From: Gnetum montanum
Taxonomy: Eukaryota; Plantae; Gnetophyta
NCBI GenBank assembly: GCA_015680685.1
Contig: MNCI01000651.1
Location: 1,178,001-1,242,000, forward strand
Reading direction: 5' to 3'
Length of the DNA: 64,000 bases
The stretch's first letter is position 1. Each line of letters opens with the position of its first letter. The notes under the pieces were generated by a model. It made no database searches, had not been told where the DNA came from, and saw nothing but the letters and a program-made list of their open reading frames with translations. This document shows, in pieces, positions 50,953 to 62,555 of the stretch. A program made the position numbers and the translations under genes.

Positions 50953-53760
50953 ATGGCACTGAAACCAAGGCATCCAAGGGGAGAAGGACCATCACAACCA
51001 AGGGATAAGCGGCGAAAAATGAGAAGAGGATGAGGTGTGCAACACCTAGAGCATGCAGAGGACACCCATGCAATTGGCCCCATCCATGAAGGACTTGATG
51101 TTGAATCTGTTCATCATATTCCTAAAGAGGATATCCTTAGTGAACAATCGCAAGGGGATGAGACTCCGGTGATAGTGCCACGGCTTGAGGTCACCTTGAC
51201 CCAGGTATGTCTTAATGCTATCAAGCCAAGGGAAGTGTAACAAATGGTCCTAGAAGAGCTGAAATTTGGACCATTTCTTAAGAATGCACCAGAAGAGGTG
51301 ATGCTCCAATTACAAAACTCCCCTATGTGGCCAATAATCACATCCATTGGTGAATGGTACTTAGGAGAGACTTACCTCTTTTGGACAAATCGATAGCTGG
51401 GGTCCAGAGTAAGAATCAAGCTCTGGGGTTACCTGAGACTAGAGTCAATATGGCGAAGATCCCTAAGTAGGCAGATCCCAAGGTAAAAAGGGAGTGGATT
51501 AGGTGGTGTTATGGGATGGATCGTAAAGAGTTTGGCACTCAGACCACCGTGGAGAGGGTGTATTTAAAAATTATGTCTTACCACTTGAACCCAATGATGA
51601 GACCCAAAAAAATCATTGCCTTCTCCACTCATGCATGTGCTGCTCTAAGTGAAAAATTTCCAATGAGCCTTCCATAATTGTTGTTCCTGGAGATTGAGAA
51701 AAGGTTCGTTGAAAGCGAACGTGGAAAATAGGCTTTACCCTTTCCTTGCTTAATCAAAAAATTATGCAAACGAGCAGGGATAGCACGATATGTCAATGAT
51801 ACACTTCGGCACGCCCTGATTGCCTTGTGATGGGAAATGATGAAAGATAGGACTTTGGCCACCACACAAACTAAGAAAGAGCAGCAACCGCCTCCACCAC
51901 TTATGCAAAAAATGAGGTCAAGTTCACAAACAATCATAGAAGATATACATGAAATCTAGCAATCACTCTTGAGCCAACAAGAGCAACCTGGAGGGATCGG
52001 TGGAGGAGAAGAGCCTTCGGTTTATTGCCCTGCAATGAGCCATTTGGAGCAAGTGGCTCGATCAATAAGTCTATTAGAAAGAGCAAGGCTGATGTTCTCT
52101 ATTGCCTAAACACAAGTACCTACAAGAATTAATCCTAGTGTCCAAGAAGTAACGGTATCCATCCAACAGTTGTTTCCTGAAATTTTAAGGAATGCTGCTA
52201 CTTTTTTGGTACGCTTGGAGGATGGAGAGGGGGTGACAGTCCTAGTGATGCAGCACCAAGGATAGGAGATTACAGCCGAAGTGGTTGCTAATACAATTGC
52301 TACAGCCCTCAATGCACCAGTGGCACCTATACTAGATGTACATGGACTCAAAGATGTACAAGCGTTTGCTAGGACTTCACGTAGGAGGATCGATGTAGCC
52401 CAACATGAAGAACTATTGGATCGACTGATGGAAACTAGGCAACCACTTCTGGATGTTTTTGATGTTTCAGATAGCATCACTACAACCCAATCGGAGCTAC
52501 TTTCAACAAGGTTTAAGAGCCTCATCTTGGAGGGGAAACTCAAAGTTGCTCAAGCCAATTGTCAATGCTTAGCAAAACAAAAGTTACCTAATTAAGGGCC
52601 CACCTTGTCGATCTAACTCTTTTCAACCGTGAACTCACTAGAGATGAATCTTTTCAATGGCTTCAAGTCAAACTCCAAATAGTTGAGGATGAGCATGAGT
52701 CGATGACTTTTGATAAGTCCTTGGCAGACGTTCATGCATATTACCTAAACAAGGACCTGATAGAGGTTCGCCAGAAGAATATAAGGCTAACCACGGAAGT
52801 TCATTGCCTGCGCAATGTTGGTGATGAAAAGCAACACATGAAAAGCTTTATCCACCAATAGCAGGAAGAGCTAGCTAGCGTAAATGTTGATGTGAGGGGT
52901 TGGCCACTAAAAATCAAAATCTGTCCATGGAGGAGGTTTGTACCTTGTGACAGAAATCAGCCATCAAAATCGCCACTTTGAAAAGTAAAGCCCTTAAGTT
53001 TGAAAAAGTTAAGAATCATTACAAGGACCAAGTGGGTTACAGAAGGAAGTGAATGAAAAACATATTCAAGTCATTAAGGCTAAATTGAACCAAGTGCTCT
53101 AGCAGCTCTAAGAAGAAGGTGAGGTATGGCAACCTATCTTTGATGGGTTGAATGCATACAACCAGGCTAAAATCCATCTCAAGGAACTACAGATTGAAGA
53201 AATGACAGAGTACATGGAGTTGGCCAACCTTCGCTATGCAAACTTGGCTATGCTAATAGTTGGGAGACCGTGGTTTGACCTAGAAAAGAAAGTGACCACC
53301 TCCTATTCTTTATACAATGGCGAGTTCCATGCACATAAAGCAACAAAAAAAATTGAAAACAACAAATGCAGAACTCGAGGTCCTTCGCACGTATTTTAAG
53401 GGACAATGTGTGGTTTGGTTTTTCAATTTGAACAAAAATAGTTCGTGGCTTGGTTTGTCAATTTGAAAGAACTCTTCCCTGCGCGTCCATGCCCTTGGGA
53501 GGTTCCAGTCCCAGCACACATTAGTGAAGCCACTTAGATAGTGAATGATCCTAGAAGTAAGGAAGAAAAAATGAGGACTCTCTTGGAGGCATTTCGGTTG
53601 CCTCCAGAAGTTGCAGTTGCTATGAGACAACAATCATCCGTGCCATCATCACCACATGTGCCAGAGGCTGGTGAAGGTTTGTCAAAACCACTGGCACCAG
53701 GGATGATGTAATCTTCTCTAGCAATTTTTGCATCTTTCAGCACAACAGAGAATCCAAGAT
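50953..53760 (+). pseudogene. Accessory ORF of element B (about 930 codons, decayed): basic N-terminus, plant-transposon-protein-like core, long coiled-coil
   Basis: MALKPRHPRG...RRKMRRG; VYLKIMSYHLNP...ALPFPCLIKKLCKRAGI; LQIEEMTEYMELANLRYANLAML; CPWEVP. Confidence 0.82.
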
Positions 53761-53954
53761 TGTTGGGGTGTTCAGTTTTATCTCTAAATCCCACCATTTT
53801 GTAATTTTTCCTTCTCTATACACTCAAGCACTTGGTGCATTAGTAAAATTGGTGTTATGTCATGTGTGTTGTGTCATGTGTGTTGTAATAAGAAGTCCAT
53901 ACTTCCAAATTGTATAGGAACTCAAGGATGAGTTTTTACTCAGTCATGGGGGTA

Positions 53955-54905
53955 TGATGAAGCACTAAATAGTCGATGCGTCGACTAGGCCATGTATATG
54001 GGGCCTTGTATACATGGCCATGTCNTGGAAGCCCATTTATTTATAGGCTAAAACAGGCTTCGTGTAAACGGGGCCACGTCGACGCATGGATGGATGCGTT
54101 GATGGAGCCGCATTGACATGGCCATGTATACAAGGCCCCATATACATGGCCTAGTCGACGCATCGACTATTTAGTGCTTCATCATACCCCCATGACTGAG
54201 TAAAAACTCATCCTTGAGTTCCTATACAATTTGGAAGTATGGACTTCTTATTACAACACACATGACACAACACACATGACATAACACCAATTTTACTAAT
54301 GCACCAAGTGCTTGAGTGTATAGAGAAGGAAAAATTACAAAATGGTGGGATTTAGAGATAAAACTGAACACCCCAACAATCTTGGATTCTCTGTTGTGCT
54401 GAAAGATGCAAAAATTGCTAGAGAAGATTACATCATCCCTGGTGCCAGTGGTTTTGACAAACCTTCACCAGCCTCTGGCACATGTGGTGATGATGGCACG
54501 GATGATTGTTGTCTCATAGCNGTGTCTGGTAACCCAATAGTGGCTAGGGGATACTCAGGATGTGCATGGAAGATGGGATCAGATACTTATGCTAGGAAAA
54601 GCTAAGATATAGATTAGAATAACTGCAAATTACATAATATTCCATTCCTTACTTTCTATTTCAAGAATTAGCCACTAGAAGATAAAGTGAAAAAGCCATA
54701 AAAATCATTTGCCTCAATCTCACTTAACCATCGCAATCAGAACATCACATGTGAGGTTGGGAAGACAACGACCGTTCTAACCCAAGGTTTTTCTGGTTAG
54801 GGTATGGTGTATGCAAAGTGCTTATAGTCTACAAAATTTAACCCAGTCACGTGTGAACGCCCATGATTTCCATGGTTGGGCGTAGGGGTACCTAGCCGCT
54901 CATTA
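53955..54905 (+). repeat. 3' LTR of element B (mis-assembled internally)
   Basis: The start matches 41641, and 54522-54905 matches about 42163-42546. The interior is interrupted by N at 54025 and 54521. Confidence 0.85.
54026..54520 (-). other. Inverted contig between two gap Ns (assembly artefact)
   Basis: 54115-54520 is an apparently exact reverse complement of 53619-54024; the segment is bounded by single Ns. Confidence 0.85.
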
Positions 54906-55676
54906 ATAACTTTCTTGATCTTTGGGTTCAATCTTCATTGAGGTTGGTGGCATGGTTTAATAATTGGATTAATGTAGATTCGATGTTGACAAATGCATAG
55001 ATAAATGCTAGTTATTTCATCATAAGATCATGTGAATGTAGTTGGCCACTTATTTACCATGTCCAATAATTTTATTTTTTGTTCTTTATCACGATTAACA
55101 TTTATGATTACTAGTTTCTTGTTATTAAGGAAAGAATATTCAAGTGCATATCATAGGACTTTCAGTTTTAGTAGTTTTGGTTCATACCTTTCTGGTATCT
55201 TTAACTTTCCCCATTCAATATCATTCTTCTTGTGATTTAGTGTAGGTAGGTTGTCTTTGTATCTTTTCTAATGCATTTAGGCACATGCAATCTTATTCAC
55301 TAGTTCCATGCATATGTTTGACTTTGATTTTTCTTCATTGATCAACCACCCAATGCCTTCTTGTTTGGTGGTTACTGCATATAGAAATTATTGTACACAC
55401 ATTTCTTCAATGTACTTTTTGCATGTTGTGATAGCGTCATGCCTTGTTATCTAAATTCTTTACACCCAGTTGCACCCATTATCATTGTATGTGATATATA
55501 AAAGTCTATATCTCTGAATTATTCTGGCTTCATCTTCCTTAAAAATTTCCAGGGACAAGTCTTTGATTCCTAACTTAGCATTCACAATGTTAAGCCATGC
55601 TATTCCCATGATTATAGGAAATTCTCCTTTATTCTTCCACATGTGAATGATTAAAAAATCAATAAGATATGACTAG

Positions 55677-56514
55677 TGATGAGTGGCGAGGTACCCCTAC
55701 ACTCAACCATACAAATACGAGCGTTACATGCGCGATCTAGTCGAACTCTGCAAAATAAGTGCCTAGACGCCTCATGGAATAGGTTAATCATTTGTTGTCT
55801 TCCTAGACTTACTTGTAGATGTCACGGTTATATGGTTAAGTAAGTCTGAGGTATGTGATTTTTATATCTTTTCTGTTTTATCTCCTATGCTAATGAGGTG
55901 AAGGGTGAAGAGACTAATTGACTAACTTTAACTAACTACCTAAGCCTTAATTAACCTATCATCATCATCTGTTCCCACTTACCATTCACACCCTGAACCA
56001 ATGCAACCTTGGTTACCAAACGCTATTCGTTACTGGGATCACCAAGCGTAACGCACATGCTCGAAGTGGTTGTATTGAATGCACTTAACTATGGGAGAAG
56101 GGTTGAGAGAGATTTAATTAACTAATAAAGAAATTAAATGGTAAAAAATAAATGATAATAAATAAAGTCCTATTTAGCCTATTTAGCTTAGTCCATGCAT
56201 TGCAAGGTTTATCCAATAGTTTGTCTTTATTGCCATACAGAAACTTGTGTTCAGGTACAATATTTTCTCGAATAAAGATTCATTCACTTTGGAGTTCCTA
56301 TTGCGGGCACATGGAAATTATTCTATCTTTGGAGAGGTAAAACTGCTAGAGTTTCGCTATGGTCTAGGCCTAAATTGAGAAACAAGGGAGAGCTGCCTCT
56401 TATTTATAGACTTGGTGGTGCACCGCGATATCGCGGGGGATGACACGATATTGCGTGGGATGCGATATCATGGCATACATGATATCGCGGCCCATGCGAT
56501 ATCGCATCCCATTA
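55677..56514 (-). mobile_element. Solo LTR, Athila-like GATATC clan, inserted in the protease region of element D
   Basis: TGATGAG...CCCATTA termini; perfect TSD ACTAG (55672-55676 and 56515-56519); CGCGATATCGCG cluster. Confidence 0.92.
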
Positions 56515-58899
56515 ACTAGCCACTTATGGTAGTGATCACATATTCTACTTGTTCAAATGGAACCATGATTGACTAGTTTACTAGCTCTAATTAGATGTTG
56601 CTTTTCTTCAATGGAGGAAGATTCTAAGCCTTTCTCTGTTAATATTAGAAGCATAGTATTCTCCTAAGGACCTTGTGTAGATAGAGTAGAGTTAGATGAA
56701 GTCCCCATTCTTTGAACCTTTTCTGGACTTGCCCTAAAGAATGGGCATTTCCTAGATCTTGGTTCACTTGTTGTTATATCCTCTTATGTAGTGAATACCC
56801 TAGTAGCACTCTTTTGCTATGGCTATGTTGGTAGTTCTCTTTGCATGACTCATGATCGTATTAGTGGTAATGGATTAGAAGCTTAATATGAGAAACCAGG
56901 TGCTAGTTAAGATGTGTAAGGATAGGAATCCATGCATGATGTTGTGGGTCTATGGTATTCAAGTAGATAGAAGAGAGAGGAAGTAAAATAGAAGTATTTT
57001 TGGGAGAAATTAGGCATTGTACATAGTATCCATAGGGATCCAACTACCTATATGGATACTACTACGTTGGCAATGACATTTTCAATGATTATGATGAATG
57101 CCAATATTGCTAGTATTGCTCCTATAGTTAAGGATAGATGCCGCTTAGATAGTATAGTTGTTGGTAGGGCTATCTAAAATTACCTTGCGAGTAAGATAAT
57201 TACTTGGGCATTTGTTTCTTAATAAACTTTAGATTAAGTACATATGCCCTAGACCATTGTAAGTGGATTGTGATAGAAAAACATCCCTTAGGATATTTAT
57301 ATTGGCATACTTTACAATCTGTGTCTTTTTTGAACTTGAATCTATTATTTTTTCTACTGTAGGAACTATTCCTTTATTGCTATAGTTATCATGTCCATTG
57401 TCCTTTTTCTTCTTTCTATCTTTATTGTTGTTAAAGACTTGCTTAGTTCTTTCCTCTATTATCTTGAGTATTGTAGTGAATTTCTCATCCACATAATCCC
57501 ACATTTTCTCTACTTTTATTACAATGTCACTTACTAATTTTTGAATAGGTAGAGTCTCCTACTTGATTGCATTTTCTAGTGTTTCTTCTTCTTGTGTTTC
57601 ACATATCCTTACATCTATTTTTTTGATAGATGGATCTCTATTATGTTCTTGAGATGACTCTCTTTTCCATAACTCCCATTCTTCTTTCTCCACTTGGCCT
57701 ATCAGCCACTGGATCACCACCTAAAATATTTCATCCAAATGGCTAGAGTGCTAGATCACCACCTAAAATATTTGACTTGCACAAGCATGAAAATTCATCA
57801 CTTACTGCATGGCATACATAGATTCATGAGATCACAAACCTCTTCTAACTAGGATGGCTAGGCAAAGTAACATGTGCACCTTGTTCTACTCACACCTATT
57901 AGTCCCATCTAGTGATCATAAGGATTTTCAATGAACATTTCATTGATCAAGGCTCTACTTTGGACCTGTTTGGCACTGTTGCATCTTCATCATATATATA
58001 ACTCACTCATCCACCATTGGCTTTTAGATGAGAATTCATAAAGCGTATTAATTGATTTTCCTACAATACACACAAATAAAAACTCTATAAATGAAAAGAA
58101 AATATCATAATTGATTATCCATTAAGTTCAAAATGTATAAAATTCTAACTAAAAATACTAACTTTATTACATGCACAAATGAAAAATAGCAAAAAATAAA
58201 TAAATTTTCCATGGCTTGGAGGATTTATTCTTCATGATTTAATCATTTCTATTATCTCATAGACCTATAAATGTTAAATTAAGCATTATACATGCAACAA
58301 AATATATTCATTATGGTACAATAGTTATTATTCATCAGTGTTCCATTTGGCTCGCTTGAATGACACATGCACATGGTGCTACTAAACTAGAAAGGATCAC
58401 AAGGTATTTTCTAGTAATTCATCCTTCTAATCTCATCTCTTCTACCAATTTTGAGCTAAAGGCCTTGGAAGATTAATTTGGCATTAGTTGTCCTCAACTA
58501 GGCTCTTCCCATGATAATAAGAAGATTTTCTTTCATCTTGTTTTATGACTTGATCATTAGAAAATTAGTGGAATACAACCAAACTACAATAGAAGTCATT
58601 ATATCTTACACCTGTCACATGGGATATGAATAGGATTAGCCTATCAACTTTAATCAAATGTTAGTAAACTTGAGAGAAGAAAGCCCCCACTCAAGGTACT
58701 ACTACAATAAGATGAGATTGACTCATAAATAGAAGTCACAGAGAGCTAGGAAATGACCCTTTTTAACAATTTGAACTTTCACCATGGGACTACGAGGATC
58801 TAATTATTTTTTAGGTAAATATCCTTATTGCCCATGTAGCCACCATAGACATGGGAATGGTGATAACATCACCATTAGGTGTCATCTTGTTACCTATAC

Positions 58900-61153
58900 T
58901 AGACAAAATGTAAATATGATCTTCATTGACTTAGAAAAAGCATATGACCTAAAAATATTATTTCGTGGCCCTTATGGAGGGAAAACATCCTTGATAAAGA
59001 TATTAAAGTGATTTAAGACACGTATGAATGAGCTGCCTCTAAAATTACAATAGTTTATGGCCTAACATAAGATTTTCCAATCATAGTAGGTGTACATTAA
59101 GCATTTGCACTTAGCAGGTACTTATTTTCCATTATTTTGGATAAAATAACAAAGAAAATACAATATGAAATCCCTTAGTGTATGCTATTTGCAAATGATA
59201 TTTTATTAGTGGATATTGTAAAATTTTTTTGGATATAAGATTTGAAAGAATTTTTTATTTTACAAATTTTTGGTAGCCATATATATTAAATTATGTGGGC
59301 AACCCAACTTAGAAAATTTGAATTTTTTCTTATTTTATAGTTGTAATATCTTCATGATCTATATGAACTTTGGCCTAGTATTAGGCTTGTTAGAAATATT
59401 GTTCTGAAATCTATTATCTTATAAAATTTTTAATCAATTAGATTTTATTTGATCATTCAAATCTTTCTTCAAAAAGGGGTATAGAATAAAATTGTTTAGT
59501 GTCTAGAATATGAATTATTGTTGTGCAAGATGAATATCTCTATGATCCTAGAGAGTTATAGAGTAAGTAAACACTTGATAGAAAACTCTTTCAACAATCT
59601 ATGTACCTACATAATTTGGAATTAATTTGAGTTGTTTCGATGGTTGAAAACTATTACATAAAGGTGACCTTGAATGTGATTGTTCAACTTCTTTGATTAG
59701 TGAAAATTGATGAATATGATGAATTGATGATGGATGAACTTGTAATGGGATAAATTATGAAATTATGAATGGATTGTAGATGATAAATAGGATATGAGAT
59801 TATTGATTAAATTGTAAAATTGGTGATGCAAGGATTGTAGATGATAAATAGGATATGGGATTATGGGATAAACTGAGAAAATTTTGTAATATATTCAATC
59901 TTCTTTATTCATTATTAATTTGCCTTAAGGACATTATTTAACTCTCCTACAAACATTATTTGCACTCATATTTGCAGCCAAATGATGGGACCATGATAGA
60001 ATATAATGGGACAAGCTTATTTTATAAAAAATTAGGTTGAAAATTCAATAAACATGAGAGATTGGGATCATTCTCTAATTACATCCATCCATTAATCTTT
60101 TAATTAAAGTAAAAATAATAGAATTTTCTATTTTATATTATGTGGTATAATAATTAAAATATAAATTACATGGCTTGGGTCCTTATTTTATTAAAAAAGC
60201 CATTTTGGCTTCACTTGATCTTTGTCTTCTCTTAAGAATTAAGCTTTGACAGGGTGCTTTTACTATATTTTCACATGTAGATATGGCCTTCTATTATCTT
60301 GAATTTGGATTGTTAAATTCATTTCTTTGTCTTGGTTCTAAACTACAACATGAGCATTTAGAATGAGTGGAGTAAGAGTTTTCAAAGTGCATACTAGAAT
60401 CAATAGATACAACTCAAGAAAATATTGTTGCTAAAATAGAGAAGTGGAGACATGCTCTAGAATCAATAGGCCTAAAATTAGTAGAATTATGATAGAATAT
60501 ATGGAATGAAATTTTAATAACATAAACAATGGTGAAATAGAAATGACAATTCAAGGTAAAAGAGTCCCTCGCTGCAAATAGTTTCACTACCTAAGATTAA
60601 TCCTTCATTGAATTAGTAAAATTAATAAAGATATCAAAAATAGAATTGGGGAAGACTAGTGGTTTTTTATATGATAAAAGAATACAAATAAAATTAAAGG
60701 AGAAATTTTACAGGACAACAATTAGGCCTAGTATCTTATATGATGATGAATCTTAGGTAGTACAAAAGAGACATGAATAATAAATCAATGTGGTAGAAAT
60801 GTGAATGCTTTGATGGATATTTAATGTTACTAAAAAAGATAAATTACACAATACAAGCATGAGAGGAAGACTTGGAAAGACTTCTATTTAAGATAAGCTA
60901 CAAGAATAGTGGCTTAGATGGTGTGGACATGTATAAAGAAGATTAGACAATGAGCCTATAAACAAAGGTTACTACATCACTATTCTAGGAAAGCCACTGA
61001 AAGAAAGATCAAAGAAGACATGGGAAAAAAATCATCAAAGATGATTTAAAGAAACTACAAAGAAACAAGGATATAGCTCTTCATAGAGGTAAATGAGAAA
61101 AAAGAACTTATGTAGTTGATCCCATTTGGTATGATAAGGGCACGATGATGATG
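58900..61153 (+). mobile_element. 5'-truncated RTE-clade LINE relic
   Basis: MIFIDLEKAYD; EIP*CMLFANDILLVD; WRHALES; KFYRTTIRPSILY; WLRWCGHV; ends in a (GAT)n tail. Confidence 0.88.
59217..60405. mobile_element. Probable solo LTR (about 1.19 kb) inserted in the RTE RT domain
   Basis: TGTAA...CAATA (CA to TA); TSD GATAT/GATAC. Removing it restores the in-frame LVDTTQE. Confidence 0.65.
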
Positions 61154-61339
61154 AATGTGTATCAATGATGTGCTATGAAAAATGATCATGCATGTTAGTC
61201 CCATGTTTTGCATAGCTCAACAAAAGACATGGATATGCATGTGAATCCCATAATTTGCATTGCTCAAAGAAAAAAAATCTTGATATTACACCAAATTTTA
61301 GTCCATTAGTTTTATAATATAAATATAAGACTATGATTA

Positions 61340-61467
61340 TTTGAGTGCAGGCTATAGCCCAATTGGTTTACTTACAAGATTTATATCCAATGATGTTGGG
61401 ATCAAAACCCATCACAAGCTTTCCCATATCTTAGAAAAATAATGTAGGCAAACTCTTTTAAAAAAAA
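61340..61467 (+). mobile_element. Degenerate tRNA-derived SINE-like element
   Basis: A box TAGCCCAATTGG at 61355, B box GGGATCAAAACCC at 61398, A-tail, flanking aagactatgatt repeats. Confidence 0.45.
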
Positions 61468-61469
61468 GA

Positions 61470-61630
61470 CTATGATTCTTTAATTAGACTTCCATAAAAT
61501 AAAAGCACTCATGATTCTTTGACTAGACTTCCTAAAATGAAATCATTATGATTATTTGACTAAACTTCCTAAAAAATTAGACTTCTTAAAATAAGCCTAT
61601 AATTCTTTAATTTACTTCCTAAACTAAAAG
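61470..61630. repeat. Degenerate minisatellite, unit about 37 bp
   Basis: atgattctttgactagacttcctaaaa variants, about 4 copies. Confidence 0.6.
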
Positions 61631-61749
61631 CTTATTAAAAATAATAGGACTCAACTAAAATTATTTTAGGTGGATAAAATAATTAAACTCTTCTAAAAAA
61701 AGACTATGATTCTTTGACAAAAAGTTTTGTAACTCTTCTAAAAAAATAA

Positions 61750-61940
61750 GGTATTAGCCTAGTGGTCAAACTCTTGATTTGAAAGCTCCAAGTTATGGAT
61801 TCGATTCTAGTTAACAATGTTGAGTTGTAAAGATTAGACTATATATCTTGAGATCTACCTATATTATAATTATTTTAGGGTTCCAACATAGCCCCTCATT
61901 ATAATGACCTAAATCAATCTAATTCCTTATTTACCAAAAA
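61750..61940 (+). mobile_element. Second degenerate tRNA-derived SINE-like head
   Basis: A box TAGCCTAGTGG and B box GGATTCGATTCT at tRNA-like spacing. Confidence 0.35.
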
Positions 61941-62555
61941 CATGTCTTTACTAAGGCATTTACAAAAATAAATAAGAAATATTACCATATAGTAATAAAA
62001 TTTAAAAATTGAAACTAAAGTTGAAACTAAATGCATTAATAAAATATTTTAATATGAAAGGGCATTGTAATAATAAAATATATAATAGGATTTTAACTAA
62101 GAAAAATAGTAAAGTATTTAAACAATCATCAATGTCCTTGCATTAGTTTACTATTATTACTCTTCTTAAGATAGCTTCTTAAGAAGAATTCAATTAACTA
62201 TCTTTTTGACTATAAAATCTTCCACAAGCAGAAGCAACCATGATCATATAATAATAATATTGAATTATACAAACCATATGTAAAATTATTCTAAATTCAA
62301 AAATTAGCACACAAAAAAACCTTTACATGCACATACATCTCTAGATAATTTGAATTCTCTTTTGGGGATTCTTATGAGAAAAGAAATCTAATAATACAAA
62401 ACCATATATACAGTTAAACGAGAATCACTAATAATATTTTTAGACAATAAAAATATAAAGAAAATCCTTTTGCATACTCCACATCAACCTAAAACATATA
62501 TAGTCTTTATTAGCAAAATCATTATAAAGAATTTCTTTAGTAGTGGAAACATCAT

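Larger units (their letters stand above)
41641..54905 (+). mobile_element. Near-complete Athila-like Ty3/gypsy element B with accessory ORF, nested in the RT of element D
   Basis: LTRs TGATGAAGC...CTCAT(C/T)A, TSD ATAAT/ATAAC, PBS at 42548, gag-pol, extra ORF, PPT catgggggta at 53945-53954. Confidence 0.93.
32929..57715 (-). mobile_element. Old 5'-truncated Athila-like element D, host of element B and of the 55677 solo LTR
   Basis: 3' LTR 32929-33715, PPT remnant, accessory ORF, IN-RH-RT at 39050-41640, RT/PR at 54906-55676, PR/gag at 56515-57715. Reading frames rejoin across both insertions (RLNPKIKKV|IKQELEKLLKA; TTISG*|SYLIDFLII). Confidence 0.85.

Noticed and set aside
53619-54520. About 400-bp perfect inverted repeat (possible hairpin/siRNA locus) and the duplicated MVGFRDK ORFs
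   Set aside because: It is bounded by single Ns, apparently identical in an otherwise decayed element, and replaces missing LTR sequence. This fits a mis-oriented contig.
61340-61820. Functional tRNA genes
   Set aside because: Only degenerate A/B boxes are present; no cloverleaf can be drawn.
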